64,000 nt of DNA from Paragordius varius (Eukaryota > Animalia > Nematomorpha), in NCBI GenBank assembly GCA_964247055.1, contig OZ176050.1, positions 868,001 through 932,000 on the forward strand, read 5' to 3'. The position numbers and the translations under genes are program-made. Position 1 is the stretch's first letter. Every line of letters starts with the position of its first letter. A model generated the notes under the pieces. It was not told the DNA's origin. It worked only from the letters and a program-made list of their open reading frames with translations, and did not search any database. Below, piece after piece: positions 53,601-64,000 of this stretch.

Positions 53601-56600
53601 AAAAAATTTATTTTATATGATTTTAAAAATAAAAATGGATACCTAAAATCCAAATTTGATCAGGTGATGTCGCCATAATTTTTTTTGGGTAGCCCTATGG
53701 TAGTTCCATCATAACCCCAAATATTTTTGAGATCGGACTTTAATTGTAATTTTTATGAATTTTTTAAATATTTAAAAAATTTATTTTATACGATTTTAAA
53801 AATAAAAATGTCTACCTAAAATCCAAATTTGATCAGGTGATGTCGCCATAATTTTTTTTGGGTAGCCCTATAGTAGTTCCATCATCACCCCAAATATTTT
53901 CGAGATCGGAGTATAAATGTAATTTTAATGAATTTTTAAAATATTTAAAAAATTTATTTTATACGATTTCAAAAATAAAAATGGCTACCTAAAATCCAAA
54001 TTTGATCAGGTGATGTCACCATAATTTTTTTGGGGTAGCCCTATGGTAGTTCCATCATCACCCCAAATATTGTCGAGATCGGAGTATAAATGTAATTTTT
54101 TTGAATTTTTTAAATATTTAAAAAATTTATTTTATACGATTTTAAAAATAAAAATGGCTACCTAAAATCCAAATTTGATCAGGTGATGTCACCATAATTT
54201 TTTTTGGGTAGCCCTATGGTAGTTCCATCATCACCCCAAATATTTTCGAGATCGGAGTATAAATGTAATTTTTATGAATTTTTTAAATATTTAAAAAATT
54301 TATTTTATACGATTTTAAAAACAAAAATGGCTACCTAAAATCCAAATTTGATCAGGTGATGTCGCCATAATTTTTTTTGGGTAGCCCTATGGTAGTTCCA
54401 TCATAACCCCAAATATTTTTGAGATCGGACTTTAAATGTAATTTTTATGAATTTTTTAAATATTTAAAAAATTTATTTTAGACGATTTTAAAAATAAAAA
54501 TGGCTACCTAAAATCCAAATTTGATCAGGTGATGTCACCATATTTTTTTTTGGGTAGCCCTATGGTAGTTCCATCATCACCCCAAATATTTTCGAGATCG
54601 GAGTATAAATGTAATTTTTATGAATTTTTTAAATATTTAAAAAATTTATTTTATACGATTTTAAAAATAAAAATGGCTACCTAAAATCCAAATTTGATCA
54701 GGTGATGTCACCATAATTTTTTTTGGGTAGCCCTATGGTAGTTCCATCATCACCCCAAATATTTTCGAGATCGGAGTATAAATGTAATTTTTATGAATTT
54801 TTTAAATATTTAAAAAATTTATTTTATACGATTTTAAAAATAAAAATGGCTACCTAAAATCCAAATTTGATCAGGTGATGTCGCCATAATTTTTTTTGGG
54901 TAGCCCTATAGTAGTTCCATCATCACCCCAAATATTTTCGAGATCGGAGTATAAATGTAATTTTTATGAATTTTTTAAATATTTAAAAAATTTATTTTAT
55001 ACGATTTTAAAAATAAAAATGGCTACCTAAAATCCAAATTTGATCAGGTGATGTCACCATATTTTTTTTTGGCTAGCCCTATGGTAGTTCCATCATCACC
55101 CCAAATATTTTCGAGATCGGAGTATAAATGTAATTTTTATGAATTTATTAAATATTTAAAAAATTTATTTTATACGATTTTAAAAATAAAAATGGCTACC
55201 TAAAATCCAAATTTGATCAGGTGATGTCGCCATAATTTTTTTTGGGTAGCCCTATGGTAGTTCCATCATAACCCCAAATATTTTCGAGATCGGAGTATAA
55301 ATGTAATTTTTATGAATTTTTTAAATATTTAAAAAATTTATTTTATACGATTTTAAAAATAAAAATGGCTACCTAAAATCCAAATTTGATCAGGTGATGT
55401 CACCATAATTTTTTTTGGGTCGTATGGTAGTTCCATCATCACCCCAAATATTTTCGAGATCGGAGTATAAATGTAATTTTTATGAATTTTTTAAATATTT
55501 AAAAAATTTATTTTATATGATTTTAAAAATAAAAATGGATACCTAAAATCCAAATTTGATCAGGTGATGTCGCCATAATTTTTTTTGGGTAGCCCTATGG
55601 TAGTTCCATCATAACCCCAAATATTTTTGAGATCGGACTTTAATTGTAATTTTTATGAATTTTTTAAATATTTAAAAAATTTATTTTATACGATTTTAAA
55701 AATAAAAATGGCTACCTAAAATCCAAATTTGATCAGGTGATGTCGCCATAATTTTTTTTGGGTAGCCCTATAGTAGTTCCATCATCACCCCAAATATTTT
55801 CGAGATCGGAGTATAAATGTAATTTTTATGAATTTTTTAAATATTTAAAAAATTTATTTTATACGATTTTAAAAATAAAAATGGCTACCTAAAATCCAAA
55901 TTTGATCAGGTGATGTCACCATATTTTTTTTTGGGTAGCCCTATGGTAGTTCCATCATCACCCCAAATATTTTCGAGATCGGAGTATAAATGTAATTTTT
56001 ATGAATTTTTTAAATATTTAAAAAATTTATTTTATACGATTTTAAAAATAAAAATGGCTACCTAAAATCCAAATTTGATCAGGTGATGTCGCCATAATTT
56101 TTTTTGAGTAGCCCTATGGTAGTTCCATCATAACCCCAAATATTTTCGAGATCGGAGTATAAATGTAATTTTTATGAATTTTTTAAATATTTAAAAAATT
56201 TATTTTATACGATTTTAAAAATAAAAATGGCTACCTAAAATCCAAATTTGATCAGGTGATGTCACCATAATTTTTTTTGGGTAGCCCTATGGTAGTTCCA
56301 TCATCACCCCAAATATTTTCGAGATCGGAGTATAAATGTAATTTTTATGAATTTTTTAAATATTTAAAAAATTTATTTTATATGATTTTAAAAATAAAAA
56401 TGGATACCTAAAATCCAAATTTGATCAGGTGATGTCGCCATAATTTTTTTTGGGTAGCCCTATGGTAGTTCCATCATAACCCCAAATATTTTTGAGATCG
56501 GACTTTAATTGTAATTTTTATGAATTTTTTAAATATTTAAAAAATTTATTTTATACGATTTTAAAAATAAAAATGGCTACCTAAAATCCAAATTTGATCA

Positions 56601-57930
56601 GGTGATGTCACCATAATTTTTTTTGGGTAGCCCTATGGTAGTTCCATCATCACCCCAAATATTTTCGAGATCGGAGTATAAATGTAATTTTTATGAATTT
56701 TTTTAAATATTTAAAAAATTTATTTTATACGATTTTAAAAATAAAAATGGCTACCTAAAATCCAAATTTGATCAGGTGATGTCACCATAATTTTTTTTGG
56801 GTAGCCCTATGGTAGTTCCATCATCACCCCAAATATTTTCGAGATCGGAGTATAAATGTAATTTTTATGAATTTTTTAAATATTTAAAAAATTTATTTTA
56901 TACGATTTAAAAAATAAAAATGGCTACCTAAAATCCAAATTTGATCAGGTGATGTCGCCATAATTTTTTTTGGGTAGCCCTATGGTAGTTCCATCATCAC
57001 CCCAAATATTTTCGAGATCGGAGTATAAATGTAATTTTTTTGAATTTTTTAAATATTTAAAAAATTTATTTTATACGATTTTAAAAATAAAAATGGCTAC
57101 CTAAAATCCAAATTTGATCAGGTGATGTCACCATAATTTTTTTTGGGTAGCCCTATGGTAGTTCCATCATCACCCCAAATATTTTCGAGATCGGAGTATA
57201 AATGTAATTTTTATGAATTTTTTTAAATATTTAAAAAATTTATTTTATACGATTTTAAAAATAAAAATGGCTACCTAAAATCCAAATTTGATCAGGTGAT
57301 GTCACCATAATTTTTTTTGGGTAGCCCTATGGTAGTTCCATCATCACCCCAAATATTTTCGAGATCGGAGTATAAATGTAATTTTTATGAATTTTTTAAA
57401 TATTTAAAAAATTTATTTTATACGATTTAAAAAATAAAAATGGCTACCTAAAATCCAAATTTGATCAGGTGATGTCGCCATATTTTTTTTTGGGTAGCCC
57501 TATGATAGTTCCATCATAACCCCAAATATTTTTGAGATCGGACTTTAAATGTAATTTTTTTGAATTTTTTAAATATTTAAAAAATTTATTTTATACGATT
57601 TTAAAAATAAAAATGGCTACCTAAAATCCAAATTTGATCAGGTGATGTCGCCATAATTTTTTTTGGGTAGCCCTATGGTAGTTCCATCATCACCCCAAAT
57701 ATTTTCGAGATCGGAGTATAAATGTAATTTTTATGAATTTTTTTAAATATTTAAAAAATTTATTTTATACGATTTTAAAAATAAAAATGGCTACCTAAAA
57801 TCCAAATTTGATCAGGTGATGTCACCATAATTTTTTTTGGGTAGCCCTATGGTAGTTCCATCATCACCCCAAATATTTTCGAGATCGGAGTATAAATGTA
57901 ATTTTTATGAATTTTTTAAATATTTAAAAA
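47650..57930 (+). repeat. Two ~2.5-kb copies of one monomer string, 7783 bp (45 monomers) apart
   Basis: TATATG 47736/55519 and 48601/56384, GAGTAGCC 48323/56106 and CGCCATAT 49693/57476 are all offset by 7783. Confidence 0.8.
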
Positions 57931-60900
57931 ATTTATTTTATACGATTTAAAAAATAAAAATGGCTACCTAAAATCCAAATTTGATCAGGTGATGTCGCCA
58001 TATTTTTTTTTGGGTAGCCCTATGGTAGTTCCATCATAACCCCAAATATTTTTGAGATCGGACTTTAAATGTAATTTTTTTGAATTTTTTAAATATTTAA
58101 AAAATTTATTTTATACGATTTTAAAAATAAAAATGGCTACCTAAAATCCAAATTTGATCAGGTGATGTCGCCATAATTTTTTTTGGGTAGCCCTATGGTA
58201 GTTCCATCATCACCCCAAATATTTTCGAGATCGGAGTATAAATGTAATTTTTATGAATTTTTTAAATATTTAAAAAATTTATTTTATACGATTTAAAAAA
58301 TAAAAATGGCTACCTAAAATCCAAATTTGATCAGGTGATGTCGCCATAATTTTTTTTGGGTAGCCCTATGGTAGTTCCATCATAACCCCAAATATTTTTG
58401 AGATCGGACTTTAAATGTAATTTTTATGAATTTTTTAAATATTTAAAAAATTTATTTTAGACGATTTTAAAAATAAAAATGGCTACCTAAAATCCAAATT
58501 TGATCAGGTGATGTCACCATATTTTTTTTTGGGTAGCCCTATGGTAGTTCCATCATCACCCCAAATATTTTCGAGATCGGAGTATAAATGTAATTTTTAT
58601 GAATTTTTTAAATATTTAAAAAATTTATTTTATACGATTTTAAAAATAAAAATGGCTACCTAAAATCCAAATTTGATCAGGTGATGTCGCCATAATTTTT
58701 TTTGGGTAGCCCTATAGTAGTTCCATCATCACCCCAAATATTTTCGAGATCGGAGTATAAATGTAATTTTTATGAATTTTTAAAAAATTTATTTTATACG
58801 ATTTCAAAAATAAAAATGGCTACCTAAAATCCAAATTTGATCAGGTGATGTCACCATAATTTTTTTGGGGTAGCCCTATGGTAGTTCCATCATCACCCCA
58901 AATATTGTCGAGATCGGAGTATAAATGTAATTTTTTTGAATTTTTTAAATATTTAAAAAATTTATTTTATACGATTTTAAAAATAAAAATGGCTACCTAA
59001 AATCCAAATTTGATCAGGTGATGTCACCATAATTTTTTTTGGGTAGCCCTATGGTAGTTCCATCATCACCCCAAATATTTTCGAGATCGGAGTATAAATG
59101 TAATTTTTATGAATTTTTTAAATATTTAAAAAATTTATTTTATACGATTTTAAAAACAAAAATGGCTACCTAAAATCCAAATTTGATCAGGTGATGTCGC
59201 CATAATTTTTTTTGGGTAGCCCTATAGTAGTTCCATCATCACCCCAAATATTTTCGAGATCGGAGTATAAATGTAATTTTTATGAATTTTTTAAATATTT
59301 AAAAAATTTATTTTATACGATTTTAAAAATAAAAATGGCTACCTAAAATCCAAATTTGATCAGGTGATGTCACCATATTTTTTTTGGGTAGCCCTATGGT
59401 AGTTCCATCATCACCCCAAATATTTTCGAGATCGGAGTATAAATGTAATTTTTTTGAATTTTTTAAATATTTAAAAAATTTATTTTATACGATTTTAAAA
59501 ATAAAAATGGCTACCTAAAAAATTTGATCAGGTGATGTCGCCATAATTTTTTTTGGGTAGCCCTATGGTAGTTCCATCATAACCCCAAATATTTTCGAGA
59601 TCGGAGTATAAATGTAATTTTTATGAATTTTTTAAATATTTAAAAAATTTATTTTATACGATTTTAAAAATAAAAATGGCTACCTAAAATCCAAATTTGA
59701 TCAGGTGATGTCACCATAATTTTTTTTGGGTCGTATGGTAGTTCCATCATCACCCCAAATATTTTCGAGATCGGAGTATAAATGTAATTTTTATGAATTT
59801 TTTAAATATTTAAAAAATTTATTTTATATGATTTTAAAAATAAAAATGGATACCTAAAATCCAAATTTGATCAGGTGATGTCGCCATAATTTTTTTTGGG
59901 TAGCCCTATGGTAGTTCCATCATAACCCCAAATATTTTTGAGATCGGACTTTAATTGTAATTTTTATGAATTTTTTAAATATTTAAAAAATTTATTTTAT
60001 ACGATTTTAAAAATAAAAATGTCTACCTAAAATCCAAATTTGATCAGGTGATGTCACCATAATTTTTTTTGGGTAGCCCTATGGTAGTTCCATCATCACC
60101 CCAAATATTTTCGAGATCGGAGTATAAATGTAATTTTTATGAATTTTTTTAAATATTTAAAAAATTTATTTTATACGATTTTAAAAATAAAAATGGCTAC
60201 CTAAAATCCAAATTTGATCAGGTGATGTCACCATAATTTTTTTTGGGTAGCCCTATGGTAGTTCCATCATCACCCCAAATATTTTCGAGATCGGAGTATA
60301 AATGTAATTTTTATGAATTTTTTAAATATTTAAAAAATTTATTTTATACGATTTAATAAAAAAAAATGGCTACCTAAAATCCAAATTTGATCAGGTGATG
60401 TCGCCATAATTTTTTTTGGGTAGCCCTATGGTAGTTCCATCATAACCCCAAATATTTTTGAGATCGGACTTTAAATGTAATTTTTATGAATTTTTTAAAT
60501 ATTTAAAAAATTTATTTTAGACGATTTTAAAAATAAAAATGGCTACCTAAAATCCAAATTTGATCAGGTGATGTCACCATATTTTTTTTTGGGTAGCCCT
60601 ATGGTAGTTCCATCATCACCCCAAATATTTTCGAGATCGGAGTATAAATGTAATTTTTATGAATTTTTTAAATATTTAAAAAATTTATTTTATACGATTT
60701 TAAAAATAAAAATGGCTACCTAAAATCCAAATTTGATCAGGTGATGTCACCATAATTTTTTTTGGGTAGCCCTATGGCAGTTCCATCATCACCCCAAATA
60801 TTTTCGAGATCGGAGTATAAATGTAATTTTTATGAATTTTTTAAATATTTAAAAAATTTATTTTATACGATTTTAAAAATAAAAATGGCTACCTAAAATC

Positions 60901-63900
60901 CAAATTTGATCAGGTGATGTCACCATAATTTTTTTTGGGTAGCCCTATGGTAGTTCCATCATCACCCCAAATATTTTCGAGATCGGAGTGTAAATGTAAT
61001 TTTTATGAATTTTTTAAATATTTAAAAAATTTATTTTATACGATTTTAAAAATAAAAATGGCTACCTAAAATCCAAATTTGATCAGGTGATGTCGCCATA
61101 ATTTTTTTTGGGTAGCCCTATAGTAGTTCCATCATCACCCTAAATATTTTCGAGATCGGAGTATAAATGTAATTTTTATGAATTTTTTAAATATTTAAAA
61201 AATTTATTTTATACGATTTCAAAAATAAAAATGGCTACCTAAAATCCAAATTTGATCAGGTGATGTCACCATAATTTTTTTGGGGTAGCCCTATGGTAGT
61301 TCCATCATCACCCCAAATATTGTCGAGATCGGAGTATAAATGTAATTTTTTTGAATTTTTTAAATATTTAAAAAATTTATTTTATACGATTTTAAAAATA
61401 AAAATGGCTACCTAAAATCCAAATTTGATCAGGTGATGTCGCCATAATTTTTTTTGGGTAGCCCTATGGTAGTTCCATCATCACCCCAAATATTGTCGAG
61501 ATCGGAGTATAAATGTAATTTTTTTGAATTTTTTAAATATTTAAAAAATTTATTTTATACGATTTTAAAAACAAAAATGGCTACCTAAAATCCAAATTTG
61601 ATCAAGTGATGTCGCCATAATTTTTTTTGGGTAGCCCTATGGTAGTTCCATCATCACCCCAAATATTTTGGGGATCGGACTATAAATGTAATTTTTATGA
61701 ATTTTTTAAATATTTAAAAAATTTATTTTATACGATATTAAAAATAAAAATGGCTACCTAAAATCCAAATTTGATCAGGTGATGTCACCATAATTTTTTT
61801 TGGGTAGCCCTATGGTAATTCCATCATCACCCCAAATATTGTCGAGATCGGAGTATAAATGTAATTTTTATGAATTTCTTAAATATTTAAAAAATTTATT
61901 TTATACGATTTTAAAAATAAAAATGGCTACCTAAAATCCAAATTTGATCAGGTGATGTCGCCATAATTATTTTGCGTAGCCCTATGGTAGTTCTATCATC
62001 ACCCCCAATATTTTGGGGATCGGACTATAAATGTAATTTTTATGAATTTTTTAAATATTTAAAAATTTTTTTTTATACGATTTTAAAAATAAAAATGGCT
62101 ACCTAAAATCCAAATTTGATCAGGTGATGTCACCATAATTTTTTTTGGGTAGCCCTATGGTAGTTCCATCATCACCCCAAATATTTTCGAGATCGGAATA
62201 TAAATGTTATTTTTATGAATTTTTTAAATATTTAAAAAATCTATTTTATACGATTTTAAAAATAAAAATGGCTACCTAAAATCCAAATTTGATCAGGTGA
62301 TGTCACCATAATTTTTTTTGGGTAGCCCTATGGTAGTTCCATCATCACCCCAAATATTGTCGAGATCGGAGTATAAATGTAATTTTTTTGGATTTTTTAA
62401 ATATTTAAAAAATTTATTTTATACGATTTTAAAAATAAAAATGGCTACCTAAAATCCAAATTTGATCAGGTGATGTCGCCATAATTTTTTTTGGGTAGCC
62501 CTATGGTAGTTCCATCATAACCCCAAATATTTTTGAGATCGGACTTTAAATGTAATTTTTATGAATTTTTTAAATATTTAAAAAATTTATTTTATACGAT
62601 TTTAAAAATAAAAATGGCTACCTAAAATCCAAATTTGATCAGGTCATGTCACCATAATTTTTTTTTGGGTAGCCCTATGGTAGTTCCATCATCACCCCAA
62701 ATATTGTCGAGATCGGAGTATAAATGTAATTTTTTTGAATTTTTTAAATATTTAAAAAATTTATTTTATACGATTTTAAAAATAAAAATGGCTACCTAAA
62801 ATCCAAATTTGATCAGATGATGTCACCATAATTTTTTTGGGTAGCCCTATGGTAGTTCCATCATCACCCCAAATATTTTGGGGATCGGACTATAAATGTA
62901 ATTTTTATGAATTTTTTAAATATTTAAAAAATTTATTTTATACGATTTTAAAAATAAAAATGGCTAAAAATCCAAATTTGATCAGGTGATGTCGCCATAA
63001 TTTTTTTTGGGTAGCCCTATGGTAGTTCCATCATCACCCCAAATATTTTGGGGATCGGACTATAAATGTAATTTTTATGAATTTTTTAAATATTTAAAAA
63101 ATTTATTTTATACGATTTTAAAAATAAAAATGGCTACCTAAAATCCAAATTTGATCAGGTGATGTCACTATAATTTTTTTGGGTAGCCCTATGGTAGTTC
63201 CATCATAACCCCAAATATTTTGGGGATCGGACTATAAATGTAATTTTTATGAATTTTTTAAATATTTAAAAAATTTATTTTATACGATTTTAAAAATAAA
63301 AATGGCTACCTAAAATCCAAATTTGATCAGGTGATGTCGCCATAATTTTTTTTTGGTAGCCCTATGGTAGTTCCATCATCACCCCAAATATTTTCGAGAT
63401 CGGAGTATAAATGTAATTTTTATGAATTTTTTAAATATTTAAAAAATTTATTTTATACGATTTTAAAAATAAAAATGGCTACCTAAAATCCAAATTTGAT
63501 CAGGTGATGTCGCCATAATTTTTTTGGGTAGCCCTATGGTAGTTCCATCATCACCCTAAATATTTTCGAGATCGGAATATAAATGTAATTTTTATGAATT
63601 TTTTAAATATTTAAAAAATTTATTTTATACGATTTTAAAAATAAAAATGGCTACCTAAAATCCAAATTTGATCAGGTGATGTCACTATAATTTTTTTGGG
63701 TAGCCCTATGGTAGTCCCATCATCACCCCAAATATTTTGGGGATCGGACTATAAATGTAATTTTTATGAATTTTTTAAATATTTAAAAAATTTATTTTAT
63801 ACGATTTGCAAAATAAAAATGGCGACCTAAAATCCAAATTTGATCAGGTGATGTCACCATAATTTTTTTTTGGGTAGCCCTATGGTAGTTCCATCATCAC

Positions 63901-64000
63901 CCCAAATATTTTGGGGATCGGACTATAAATGTAATTTTTATGAATTTTTTAAATATTTAAAAAATTTATTTTATACGATTTTAAAAATAAAAATGGCTAC

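Larger units (their letters stand above)
32992..64000 (+). repeat. Tandem satellite DNA array, same 173-bp monomer (right block, ~180 monomers)
   Basis: Same monomer and orientation as the left block. It resumes at the exact phase where the left block stopped (TAA-ATGTAATTTTTATG) and runs off the right edge of the window. Confidence 0.99.

Noticed and set aside
1-64000. CRISPR-like interpretation of the regular repeats
   Set aside because: There are no unique spacers (the whole 173 bp repeats) and no cas genes, and the context is eukaryotic.

Overview
Eukaryotic heterochromatin-like window with no credible protein-coding gene. About 95% is one head-to-tail, same-strand array of a 173-bp AT-rich satellite (~26% GC, roughly 350 monomers). 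The array is organised into variant-defined domains and nested multi-monomer duplications. It is interrupted once, at 29814-32991, by a 3,178-bp non-autonomous cut-and-paste DNA transposon. The element has CACTGTG...CACAGTG termini, a TAA target-site duplication and ~0.74-kb inverted arms, which best fits the CMC/Chapaev3-like group. Its most striking property is that the terminal heptamer is separated from the start of the long shared arm by dissimilar spacers differing by exactly 11 bp. These can be framed as 23 vs 12 nt before CTGGACTCG, reminiscent of the RAG/RSS 12/23 geometry. The element core holds decayed cargo: an RTE-like retrotransposon 3' end and a probable nested PIF/Harbinger-like element with a MADF/Myb-like remnant. 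All six supplied ORFs look spurious. Every alignment and count was done by eye, and family assignments are motif-based inferences that have not been confirmed by database search.
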